Part shown: piece by piece, positions 1 through 8,069 of the stretch | Layout: every line of letters starts with the position of its first letter | Position numbering within the stretch: position 1 is the first letter of the stretch | Virus record (IMG/VR): IMGVR_UViG_3300025701_000008 | Length of the DNA stretch: 64,000 nucleotides | From: an uncultured virus (IMG/VR IMGVR_UViG_3300025701_000008) | Taxonomy: Duplodnaviria > Heunggongvirae > Uroviricota > Caudoviricetes | Strand: one strand, 5' to 3' | The notes under the pieces: model-generated | Databases searched by the model: none | The model's input: only the letters and a program-made list of their open reading frames with translations | What the model was told of the DNA's origin: nothing | Made by a program: the position numbers and the translations under genes

Positions 1-247
1 GTAGACAAGAGAACCCGTCTCCGTATAGTACAGTACATTCGGAGATTGCGGTATCGAGGTCTTGGTCGAATGCCTCCGCAACTCTTTCTGGGGAAACTTG
101 TGTTCCGACCTTAGCGCCGAACTCGCCGTCACTTTCCTTGATAAGGTGACCCACACCGAACGTAGGATAGTTGAGATGGTCGAGGTAAACCTCATATACA
201 ACTCCCTCATCAATCTTCAGTTGTTCAAATACTTTTTCGCGATTCAT
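1..247 (-). CDS. e: T4-type lysozyme/endolysin (GH24), runs off the window start
   Basis: Translated by hand: MNREKVFEQLKIDEGVVYEVYLDHLNYPTFGVGHL. This matches the T4 lysozyme pattern LRIDEG..IYKD..GYYTIGIGHL with the catalytic E, D and T conserved. Not in the ORF track. Confidence 0.85.
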   Translation of the reverse strand, partial: MNREKVFEQLKIDEGVVYEVYLDHLNYPTFGVGHLIKESDGEFGAKVGTQVSPERVAEAFDQDLDTAISECTVLYGDGFSCL

Positions 248-251
248 TGGT

Positions 252-551
252 TTATTTTTCTTCTTTAATGAAGACACCATCGACCATTTTTCCTTTACGG
301 TCTTTGATATCATCGTACGCCACAGCCAAACACTCCTCAAGGGTAACTCCATTTCGTTCTGCGATATTAATCAACACAACCATAATATCACCGATGTCGT
401 CTTTAATATCCTGTTGTTTACATATATTGTCTGACAATTCACCGCATTCTTGGATGAGTTTCATGAACTGGTCTTTATCATTCGCCCCGTCAATTAGGTT
501 ACGGTCGTGGTGCCATTGTACGGTCTTTCCAATTAATTCATTAATTAACAT
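252..551 (-). CDS. MazG-like nucleotide pyrophosphohydrolase
   Basis: KLIQECGEL...DDIGDIMVVL (ExxE...DxxD) and the AYDDIKDRKG tail. Probable start ATG at 551. Confidence 0.8.
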   Translation of the reverse strand: MLINELIGKTVQWHHDRNLIDGANDKDQFMKLIQECGELSDNICKQQDIKDDIGDIMVVLINIAERNGVTLEECLAVAYDDIKDRKGKMVDGVFIKEEK

Positions 552-564
552 TATATTTCCATTA

Positions 565-807
565 TTAAGTTTTGATAGTATTTGCTTTACCCGCACCTTT
601 TTTGATATTTCCTAGATGCTCCTGCCAATCCTTACCCGCAATAGTGAGAGCAGATTTGGTTCCGGAAACTAGGCCTGGTGCTGAGTCTGAGGGATAGTAG
701 CGTTCCCAACTCGGATTGTCTTTACGCCAATCGTCATATTGAGAAATCCGGAGATACACGATTTGCGTCTCTCCGGTTTCGTTGTGCTTGAAATCATACT
801 GTGGCAT
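565..807 (-). CDS. Conserved T4-like hypothetical protein (FmdB-like N-terminus without Cys)
   Basis: MPQYDFKHNETGE start, 80 aa. Confidence 0.55.
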   Translation of the reverse strand: MPQYDFKHNETGETQIVYLRISQYDDWRKDNPSWERYYPSDSAPGLVSGTKSALTIAGKDWQEHLGNIKKGAGKANTIKT

Positions 808-889
808 TATATAAACATCCTAAATTTTAATCATTCATTACGACAAGAATCTCACTCATACGTTCTTGAAGAGATGCATCACCTCCTTA

Positions 890-1015
890 TCAGTAAGTTA
901 TAAACCCTATGTGTTTCCCTGCCTTGTTCGTTGTTCGCGAACAGAGTACACGTTCTGATAGTGAATTTTGCTGTCGTTCATGTACGACATATAACTGCTT
1001 CTCTAAGTTTGACAT
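890..1015 (-). CDS. Small hypothetical protein (41 aa)
   Basis: AAGGA SD, then MSNLEKQLYVVHERQQNSLSERVLCSRTTNKAGKHIGFITY*. Read by hand. Confidence 0.4.
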   Translation of the reverse strand: MSNLEKQLYVVHERQQNSLSERVLCSRTTNKAGKHIGFITY

Positions 1016-1055
1016 ATGATATTCCTTATTTAAGTTTAAGTAAGTAAAAAACGAA

Positions 1056-1490
1056 TCATGATTTGATTAGATTAGGATAGGCCTCCTGTATGAGTTTTTT
1101 GGTGATGTAACGACACGGTGGTTTCTTTGCCACCATCTTTAGTACGTACTCGGCGTCTGTGGGGTGCACAGATTCCAGTAGTTGTACGAATTTGTTTTCA
1201 CGTTTGAATGAGGGTAGACTATCTCCCCGACCACCTTTAATAAACGTGCCGAACTCTCGATGTCGTTTCAAGAGAGTTGAAGGTACTGATTCTGGTTTGG
1301 ATTCAGTAAATGGTGGTTTACCTTCGGGTAGATTGAATACGAGTGAGTCATCGAAGGTTCCGCGTAAAATATCTAGGAACGCCCAATGCTCTGAATATTT
1401 TTTCAAAACATCTAGTCGACTATTACGGTCGGTTGCTTTCTTGTATTCTTCAAATACCTCAAACACTTCTTTTTTGATTTGATGTGCCAT
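1056..1490 (-). CDS. Conserved T4-like hypothetical protein
   Basis: LPEGKPPF...KRENKFVQLLESVHPTDA pattern typical of a conserved T4-like family. Confidence 0.65.
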   Translation of the reverse strand: MAHQIKKEVFEVFEEYKKATDRNSRLDVLKKYSEHWAFLDILRGTFDDSLVFNLPEGKPPFTESKPESVPSTLLKRHREFGTFIKGGRGDSLPSFKRENKFVQLLESVHPTDAEYVLKMVAKKPPCRYITKKLIQEAYPNLIKS

Positions 1491-1493
1491 AAT

Positions 1494-1754
1494 TTATACC
1501 TTGCTTATTGGATAACACTTATATGTTTTTTTCTGAATAATTATATACTCACCGTCTACACATTCGAGTAGAAATTTCAGTAGTGTATATTCGTACTGTT
1601 TGACAAGAAGAGTCTGATTTGCTATAGCAATCTCTTTTTCTCCTACCAATACTATATATTCATCTATTATCATCGCTATTAGTACTATCCAAAATAATGA
1701 ACATACCGATACTAATAGTAATGTGTTTCTGATTGTGTTTAACATTATAGGCAC
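1494..1754 (-). CDS. Hypothetical membrane protein
   Basis: N-terminal hydrophobic segment; late promoter directly upstream. Confidence 0.5.
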   Translation of the reverse strand: MPIMLNTIRNTLLLVSVCSLFWIVLIAMIIDEYIVLVGEKEIAIANQTLLVKQYEYTLLKFLLECVDGEYIIIQKKTYKCYPISKV

Positions 1755-1765
1755 CTCTCATATTT

Positions 1766-1773
1766 TATTTATA
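1766..1773 (-). promoter_or_regulatory. T4 late promoter (gp55-dependent)
   Basis: TATAAATA in an intergenic gap. Confidence 0.7.
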
Positions 1774-1789
1774 CACGAGAGGTATTCTA

Positions 1790-1984
1790 TTAATATCCGC
1801 CTTTATTAAACCATCCATTACCTTTGAGTTGAAAACCACCACTCTGAGTAATTACTTTAACTTGATTGGTATCTTCATCACAGACGACACACCGGAGTTC
1901 CATCTCCCGTTCGGTCTCACTCATACTCATGCGGATGTCTGTGACAACATCGCATTTCTCACACTTGTAACTATAAGTTGGCAT
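1790..1984 (-). CDS. FmdB-family zinc-ribbon protein
   Basis: MPTYSYKCEKC...CVVC...FQLKGNGWF. Confidence 0.8.
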   Translation of the reverse strand: MPTYSYKCEKCDVVTDIRMSMSETEREMELRCVVCDEDTNQVKVITQSGGFQLKGNGWFNKGGY

Positions 1985-2306
1985 TACGCGTCGCCTTATC
2001 CCATTCTTCAGGAGTCACATCATTGAGTCTACGGTCAGAGGTATTTCTAGATCGAAGAGCCTCCTTCTCATAGGAGTAATACTCACCAAGACTATCTTCG
2101 TATGCACGCCATAGTCTCTCAAATTTTACTGAGTATAATTCCCTAACACCCAACATCAGATTCATAATCTTGTCAGCGTGTTCGGCCTTCATACCAATAA
2201 AGAACTCATCGTCACCGAAATATTTGAATAGTACGTCAATATCATCTACCACTCTCCAACAGTCCATGATTTCTGTTTCTACTTCTTGCATTTTATTCAT
2301 CATCAT
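1971..2306 (-). CDS. Hypothetical protein
   Basis: Open frame; probable start at the MMMNK run, because the upstream part overlaps another ORF. Confidence 0.55.
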   Translation of the reverse strand: MMMNKMQEVETEIMDCWRVVDDIDVLFKYFGDDEFFIGMKAEHADKIMNLMLGVRELYSVKFERLWRAYEDSLGEYYSYEKEALRSRNTSDRRLNDVTPEEWDKATRNANL

Positions 2307-2460
2307 CCCTTTCATTTTTAATTTTATTACCATAATAATCATGAGTACCATTACGATAGTTTCGTTTGCGGTCTTCTAATATTTGACTAGATACGTATAC
2401 CGCGTAGATTAAAAACATAACTAGTATAATAGCACATATTGTTTGAATTATCTCAATCAC
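2293..2460 (-). CDS. Small membrane protein (55 aa, GTG start)
   Basis: AGGAG SD, then (M)IEIIQTICAIILVMFLIYAVYVSSQILEDRKR. Read by hand. Confidence 0.5.
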   Translation of the reverse strand: MIEIIQTICAIILVMFLIYAVYVSSQILEDRKRNYRNGTHDYYGNKIKNERDDDE

Positions 2461-2471
2461 AATATAATCTC

Positions 2472-2672
2472 CTAATGCTTTAGTTCAGGTAGGTTTTCTG
2501 CCACACAACTCGACACTTCATCGCGCACCATATAATCATAGTCCGAACCAGAACATTCCATAGCGATTTTACGGGCATCTTCATGAGATTCTGCTCCTAA
2601 TACGTATGTCTGACAAAAAGCATTATAGTCATTATCCCATTCTTCTACTGTAAAGTATTTAATTTCACTCAT
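2472..2672 (-). CDS. Hypothetical protein
   Basis: 66 aa ORF in a tightly packed run. Confidence 0.5.
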   Translation of the reverse strand: MSEIKYFTVEEWDNDYNAFCQTYVLGAESHEDARKIAMECSGSDYDYMVRDEVSSCVAENLPELKH

Positions 2673-2678
2673 AATAAT

Positions 2679-2870
2679 TTACTCGGTAAGTAATTGAGCA
2701 GCGGTCTTATTACCATACTGCTCTGGATTAAACTGTTGAAGTGCATATGCGCGTTCAAATTCTTCGGGGAAGTAGATGATAGCCAGACCCATGACTTCTT
2801 CATGCGTAAGTCCTACCGCGGCAGTTGTAAATTCTTCTAGTGCCAAACCAAAATTACTCATTTTACTCAT
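2679..2870 (-). CDS. Hypothetical protein
   Basis: 63 aa ORF with GAGG SD. Confidence 0.5.
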   Translation of the reverse strand: MSKMSNFGLALEEFTTAAVGLTHEEVMGLAIIYFPEEFERAYALQQFNPEQYGNKTAAQLLTE

Positions 2871-2992
2871 ATTATAATCCTCTCAAGTTGGTATTGTAAA
2901 AATCTTCATCGACACAATAGTGTCTACCCCTGTCCTTATTAACAATAGGAGCAGACATTTTATCGACATAAAACATAATTACGTAATATAAA

Positions 2993-3757
2993 TCAAATAT
3001 CATCTATTAAATCCCACATATCCACCGTTTCAATCCTACTTACTGCTATGTCAAAATATTCTTTATCTAGTTCAATCCCGATAAATTCTCTATCTAGGTT
3101 TTTACATGCTACACCTGTAGTGCCACTACCCATTGTAAAATCTAAGACCTTTTCTCCCGCGTTGGTGTAGGTCTTAATAAGGTATTCCATAAGCGCAACT
3201 GGTTTTTGTGTTGGATGTAATCCTCTATCCACCCTTGAGCTAAAATCTAACGAACGCCCTGTTGTTGGATTTTTATCTGTGTAGATCTTTCCTGAAGCAT
3301 TGCACGAACCGCGCAAAGGTATTGCCCCAAAATCGCGAGTATTCTTACCTGCCTTTATTGGTTGGTCTCGCAACGTTTTGATAGGGTAATAGTTCGGCAT
3401 TTTTCCATTGATACTAAAAACACAAACATCCTCATGGTCTTTTAGTGGTTGCCTTTTAGCTTGAACAAAATTACCTGCAAAATGCTTATTCCAAACCCAA
3501 TTGTAACAGTATCCTTTCATATTTGAACTTATTAGCTCTGTGGTGAATGGTTGTGATGCGGTCATCACTATTGCGCCATTGGGCTTAATAATACGATTCA
3601 ACTGTTCCCACATTTGCTCGAGTGGAATGACTGAATCCCATTTACAGGCTGTTGTACCATAAGGTGGATCGGTCAATATCATATCAACCGAACCGTCTGG
3701 GATGTCTCTCATCGCTTCGAGACAATCCCCATTAATTAGTGTTGTCGAGTTACTCAC
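2993..3757 (-). CDS. Amino (N4-C/N6-A) DNA methyltransferase, beta class
   Basis: TDPPY, HPTQKP, then DFTMGSGTTG (catalytic motif before the SAM-binding motif). Confidence 0.92.
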   Translation of the reverse strand: MSNSTTLINGDCLEAMRDIPDGSVDMILTDPPYGTTACKWDSVIPLEQMWEQLNRIIKPNGAIVMTASQPFTTELISSNMKGYCYNWVWNKHFAGNFVQAKRQPLKDHEDVCVFSINGKMPNYYPIKTLRDQPIKAGKNTRDFGAIPLRGSCNASGKIYTDKNPTTGRSLDFSSRVDRGLHPTQKPVALMEYLIKTYTNAGEKVLDFTMGSGTTGVACKNLDREFIGIELDKEYFDIAVSRIETVDMWDLIDDI

Positions 3758-4704
3758 TATGCTACCGCCATTTCAACCGCAAGTTCCGCAGCTTTCTTTT
3801 TCTTGACTTGGTTGGCACCAAACCACGCAGAAGTCATTCGACCATCGGCAGTACGACCCAACTGGTGGTCAGTTAAGTAGGTAACAGAGTTAAATGCCTG
3901 CCACCATGAACCACGACCGTACTCAGCGCCTGGCTGGGTTTCTAACAACTCAAACGCCTTCTTCGCATTTGGAGCAAGGTCATTGTAAGTCTTAACTTCA
4001 GCCGCAGGAGACTGTGAAGGGAATAGAGAGTTATAGTACTGAATCAGAGTATCAGTAGTGAACTGTCGTTTTGATAACAACTCTGCCATTACTTTGTATT
4101 GGTCAAACTTCTCGTGGGCAAGACCCATAGTGACTTTAACCTGTTCAGCATCGAATGCCTTACGGTGGTTAATCTTAGTTGAGTTGACCGAAGTACCCTT
4201 CAGAGCAAGAGCGAGACTGTTCATACAGGTCACTCGAACCGGAGTGAATCGAACGTCAATTGACTTACCGTACTCATGTGGGTTAGAGAATAGAAGGTAG
4301 GAATCAACTTGGTCACCGCCAAGGATGTCGAACGACTCTTTGACCTTAGCCATTGCGTAGACCATCTTACCGTCTTTCAGAGAACCAGCAGAACTCATTT
4401 CCATATCACCGGCAGAGCAGTAATCATTGAAGAATTCGAATGCCTGTTCGTTTTGAACTGGATTCCAGTTACCACCAACCTGAGTCAGTACTTTAGAGTC
4501 AGTAGAGCGGACGAGTGCCTCCATACCAGTGGCAATTTGCTCACCGTTATGGTTTACGAATGATGGGATTTTCTCAACTGTCCAGTCGACGCCTGCTTTC
4601 TGCATCATCTGGATAGGGGTTAGGTCGTTGGATACCTCGGTACCAATACCCCAAGGACATTTACCAACAGTAGCAGAAGTTTCAATTTGTAATATGTTAT
4701 TCAT
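3757..4704 (-). CDS. DUF932-family protein
   Basis: PW.G.G..., VQNEQAFEFF, AGSLKDG, FTPVRVTCMNSL, GSWWQAFNSVT. Confidence 0.8.
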   Translation of the reverse strand: MNNILQIETSATVGKCPWGIGTEVSNDLTPIQMMQKAGVDWTVEKIPSFVNHNGEQIATGMEALVRSTDSKVLTQVGGNWNPVQNEQAFEFFNDYCSAGDMEMSSAGSLKDGKMVYAMAKVKESFDILGGDQVDSYLLFSNPHEYGKSIDVRFTPVRVTCMNSLALALKGTSVNSTKINHRKAFDAEQVKVTMGLAHEKFDQYKVMAELLSKRQFTTDTLIQYYNSLFPSQSPAAEVKTYNDLAPNAKKAFELLETQPGAEYGRGSWWQAFNSVTYLTDHQLGRTADGRMTSAWFGANQVKKKKAAELAVEMAVA

Positions 4705-4714
4705 AATATAATCC

Positions 4715-4930
4715 TTAATTAAAAAGTTTTTTCATTTCAGAGAAGATTTTGTTGTAGGCATTGATTTCATAACACCAGTCATCGTAGAAGTCGTCTTGGT
4801 CTTGAAGTGACAACAAACGTTCTTTCATTTTAGACATAGAATCTAGTAAGTTGCCATTACCACCCATAACTATACGTTTAGCTTGTTCGAACGGCATATC
4901 TTCACGGTTATAATCATCAATATAAAACAT
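4715..4930 (-). CDS. Early hypothetical protein
   Basis: Has its own sigma70-like promoter; start MFYIDD follows a GAGAGAG SD. Confidence 0.55.
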   Translation of the reverse strand: MFYIDDYNREDMPFEQAKRIVMGGNGNLLDSMSKMKERLLSLQDQDDFYDDWCYEINAYNKIFSEMKKLFN

Positions 4931-4961
4931 AATATTCTCTCTCAACTCAATTTATACCGCT

Positions 4962-4991
4962 AGTGTATCACATGTTTTCATTACTTGTCAA
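4962..4991 (-). promoter_or_regulatory. sigma70-like early promoter
   Basis: TTGACA-18-TACACT. Confidence 0.55.
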
Positions 4992-5006
4992 CACTTATTT
5001 TCAAAA

Positions 5007-5270
5007 TTAATTAAACTTTTTGAACTCCATCATTTCGAGTTCGACATTATAGTGGTTGTAAGCCTTCTCATATAAGTCATATATTCTATTACGTTTTTCA
5101 CGATTCAATACTAAAGTCGCACCAATGCGTCTTGCTTTTAAGTAGGCGATACGATTTTCACAAGTACGTAGGATGTTAACCTCGAACTCTAATTGTTCAT
5201 TTTCTAATTCACCGCAATACACACGGTTTAGGAAACCGACGAAAATTTGTTCATGTCTATCAATCATCAT
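5007..5270 (-). CDS. Early hypothetical protein
   Basis: Has its own promoter; start MMIDRH follows GAGAGAG. Confidence 0.55.
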   Translation of the reverse strand: MMIDRHEQIFVGFLNRVYCGELENEQLEFEVNILRTCENRIAYLKARRIGATLVLNREKRNRIYDLYEKAYNHYNVELEMMEFKKFN

Positions 5271-5301
5271 AATGTATTCTCTCTCAATCAATTAGGTAGC
5301 T

Positions 5302-5330
5302 ATTATACTTCTTTCGAAAACAAAAGTCAA
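5302..5330 (-). promoter_or_regulatory. sigma70-like early promoter
   Basis: TTGACT-17-TATAAT. Confidence 0.7.
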
Positions 5331-5333
5331 GGC

Positions 5334-5558
5334 TTATTTCTCAAATGTAACTCTGTGGTTCCAAGGTAACTCTTGTCCGACTTGAACCTCGTACCAATAA
5401 TTTTTCTGAAGGAATTCTAACTCTTCTTCATTCATCTCTACTTCGAAGTAATGTCTAACAAGTCCATCGTATTGAACTTCTCCGCATTCTTTGTTCATAA
5501 CCTCAACAAGTATTTCGCTCCAAGAGACCATCGCTTCTTTAACACCGTAGAATTTCAT
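5334..5558 (-). CDS. Early hypothetical protein
   Basis: GAGGAGG SD; has its own promoter. Confidence 0.6.
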   Translation of the reverse strand: MKFYGVKEAMVSWSEILVEVMNKECGEVQYDGLVRHYFEVEMNEEELEFLQKNYWYEVQVGQELPWNHRVTFEK

Positions 5559-5584
5559 AACTACCTCCTCATCACTAGAACTAC

Positions 5585-5613
5585 ATTATACTTGTTTTAG
5601 AAACGAAAGTCAA
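5585..5613 (-). promoter_or_regulatory. sigma70-like early promoter
   Basis: TTGACT-17-TATAAT. Confidence 0.7.
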
Positions 5614-5667
5614 CACTATTAATAGAACAAAATAGCATAACACTATAACCAAATAGTATAAGTGTAA

Positions 5668-6090
5668 TTAGTCTTTAGGTAAATGTTTTGCGTGTATCTT
5701 ACAGCCTATAAATGCGTTGTAGAACTCATCACTGAGAAGTACATCATACTGGAACTGTAGTTTCGCTTCGTAGTAGGAGCATTCGCCCTTGGTTCGGCAC
5801 AACTTGAGCACTTCACGTTTGAAGTTATCAAAACCTTTCTCCTCAACGAGTAGTTTTACTTCAGCGCTTGAGCCATAGTACTTCATCCAATCAGATTGGA
5901 CACGAGTCTTTACTTTACGTTTGCGAGTTTTTGTGACGGGGAGTGTTTTAGGTTTCCAGAAAAACTTTTTACCGATATATTTCTTACCAGTATCAAGTTC
6001 GGTTATCATATAAACAAAACCCTGATACGGTTCAAGGAACTCATTATCAGGGTTAAATTCTTTTTCTTCGTAAGTCCAGTTCATTAGCAC
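5668..6090 (-). CDS. GIY-YIG family endonuclease
   Basis: GFVYMIT...KYIGKK...YYGSS...YYE. Located downstream of nrdB. Confidence 0.75.
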   Translation of the reverse strand: MLMNWTYEEKEFNPDNEFLEPYQGFVYMITELDTGKKYIGKKFFWKPKTLPVTKTRKRKVKTRVQSDWMKYYGSSAEVKLLVEEKGFDNFKREVLKLCRTKGECSYYEAKLQFQYDVLLSDEFYNAFIGCKIHAKHLPKD

Positions 6091-6137
6091 ACCAATTATT
6101 AATATTTGATAATATTTAGTGTGCTTTTAACTATTTA

Positions 6138-6278
6138 CTAATCTTCTTCAGATTGAAATTCTGCTTCAGCATCAGAACCGCACATAGCACAGTGACGAGG
6201 AATTTCTTCTTCATACTTTACTACTACAACAGTCTCGATGTCACAGATCGGACATTCAATTGAATATTCTGTATTCAT
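6138..6278 (-). CDS. Small zinc-ribbon/rubredoxin-like protein (46 aa)
   Basis: Translated by hand: MNTEYSIECPICDIETVVVVKYEEEIPRHCAMCGSDAEAEFQSEED. Start overlaps the nrdB stop. Confidence 0.65.
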   Translation of the reverse strand: MNTEYSIECPICDIETVVVVKYEEEIPRHCAMCGSDAEAEFQSEED

Positions 6279-7252
6279 TATGCTACCTCTCGTTCCAACT
6301 CATCCCACCCATAGTCGCTGCCTTCCATACCAACAACAGAGTATTCAGTCACACGTTTCTCAAAGAAGTTGTCATGTGATGCTCCGTTCAGTACCCAATC
6401 CAACCAAGGTAGGGGATTGTCTTTTTGATTAAATAATGGTTTCAGTCCGATTTGAAGTAAACGACGGTCAGCAATGTGACGAATATAGTCTATAACTTCT
6501 TTCTTCGTGAGACCTTGTACATCGTTACCCGCAAATGCTAGGTCGATAAATTTAGTTTCTAACGCAACTGCGTTTTCTGCCATCTTATATATCTTGGACT
6601 TTAATTCGTCATTTACAATACGCGGGTGTTCTGCGCAGAATTCACGGAATAACTTCGCATTACCTTGTACGTGTAAAGTCTCGTCACGGATAGACCACTC
6701 GACGATTGTTGCCATACCTTTCATCTTTCCGAAACGTTGGAAGTTCAATAACATTACAAAAGATGCGAATACTGACATACCCTCATTGAATACTGACTGA
6801 GCAAGGGCAGTCGCGAGTCCTGAGTTGGTCTTACATTCCCCATCTTTCATGAAATTAATCTTGTCAGCCATCTCTTTGTATTCAAGAAACATATGGAAGT
6901 CTTCGTCTGGTAGACCAAGTGTATCATTCAATAGAGCATATGCGCGTTGGTGAATAGCCTCACGTGCCGCAAAAGATGATAACATATTTCGAACTTCGTT
7001 GTTTTTAAAACGAGGAATCAACAGTTCGTGGTAGTTCTCCCCTACCTGCACGTCTGACTGCGTGAATAATCGTAGCACATGTGTGATGAATGTCTTTTCT
7101 TCTTCAGACAGTTTGGTTTTCCAGTCTTGTACATCCTCGGATAGTTCTGCTTCGTCTTCAATCCAATGTACTTCTTCATGTTTCTTTGATAAGTCTACTG
7201 CCCAAGGATACATAAAAGGTTTATATGTTTGGGAGAATTTTAATAGTGACAT
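6278..7252 (-). CDS. nrdB: Ribonucleotide reductase class I beta subunit
   Basis: EAIHQRAY (radical Tyr), EWSIRDETLH, HDNFFEKRVTEY. Confidence 0.95.
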   Translation of the reverse strand: MSLLKFSQTYKPFMYPWAVDLSKKHEEVHWIEDEAELSEDVQDWKTKLSEEEKTFITHVLRLFTQSDVQVGENYHELLIPRFKNNEVRNMLSSFAAREAIHQRAYALLNDTLGLPDEDFHMFLEYKEMADKINFMKDGECKTNSGLATALAQSVFNEGMSVFASFVMLLNFQRFGKMKGMATIVEWSIRDETLHVQGNAKLFREFCAEHPRIVNDELKSKIYKMAENAVALETKFIDLAFAGNDVQGLTKKEVIDYIRHIADRRLLQIGLKPLFNQKDNPLPWLDWVLNGASHDNFFEKRVTEYSVVGMEGSDYGWDELEREVA

Positions 7253-7253
7253 A

Positions 7254-8069
7254 CTATTCCTTAATAAGTTCTTTTAAATATGGTGCTAAAGTTTTAGCGA
7301 TAATTTTGTTACCACCTACATTAGGGTGGCCACAGGGTGTTAAGTATTTATTAGTCTTTGTTTTTGAGCGCAATATATTCAAGTACTCAAATGGTGATGG
7401 TTTTGGTTCATCAAGTAACCATTGTCCACTACATATATCTAGCAAGGTGTTGTTCAGGGAGCGACTTTCTATCCAGTTATCATCCCCTTTAGAGTTTATC
7501 ATAGTCCAATCTCGACTACCTACCACAATATCTACCATACCCAAAGCACCCTTTTTTAGTTGACGCGCTTTGATACATTCAATATTATCTAACTTATCAA
7601 GATATGGTTGATAATCATAACTGTTTATCATTCTATACGGAATATCATACATTTCGCATAGTTGTTTTATTCCGAGATATGCTAATTCGGTATGTACACG
7701 TAAAGTTGCTATGTCGTGTGGGTTAGAATTCTCAGTATTTCTATGATTTATTTTACCCCGTAGAGCATTATCACTATTAGGATTATTGACATATTGGTTT
7801 CTTATAGTGTCCCTTTCCCACTGACTGTATACTATAAGAAACATAAATTCGGATAAGTCTTCCTTGGTCTTACCTCGCACAAAGGATAATACCTCACTCG
7901 CTATTGCGAGATTGGAACGTCCCTCTTGCCCCTTATTTATAACCTCAATTCCCAATTCCTCGGACAAATAATAAGGAAAGTTTAATTCGGTGACATTCGG
8001 GGTAGGACTTGCTCGATACCCCGACACAAAACTATCACCAAAGACTACTAACCTTCGCAAGCCCGACAT
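7254..8069 (-). CDS. SGNH/GDSL hydrolase-like protein inserted between nrdA and nrdB
   Basis: VFGDSF, NKGQEGRSN, C-terminal GHPN. Confidence 0.6.
   Translation of the reverse strand: MSGLRRLVVFGDSFVSGYRASPTPNVTELNFPYYLSEELGIEVINKGQEGRSNLAIASEVLSFVRGKTKEDLSEFMFLIVYSQWERDTIRNQYVNNPNSDNALRGKINHRNTENSNPHDIATLRVHTELAYLGIKQLCEMYDIPYRMINSYDYQPYLDKLDNIECIKARQLKKGALGMVDIVVGSRDWTMINSKGDDNWIESRSLNNTLLDICSGQWLLDEPKPSPFEYLNILRSKTKTNKYLTPCGHPNVGGNKIIAKTLAPYLKELIKE

Noticed and set aside
7254..8069. Insert between nrdA and nrdB as a homing endonuclease or intron
   Set aside because: It has SGNH-type motifs rather than HNH/GIY-YIG/LAGLIDADG, and both nrd genes are uninterrupted.
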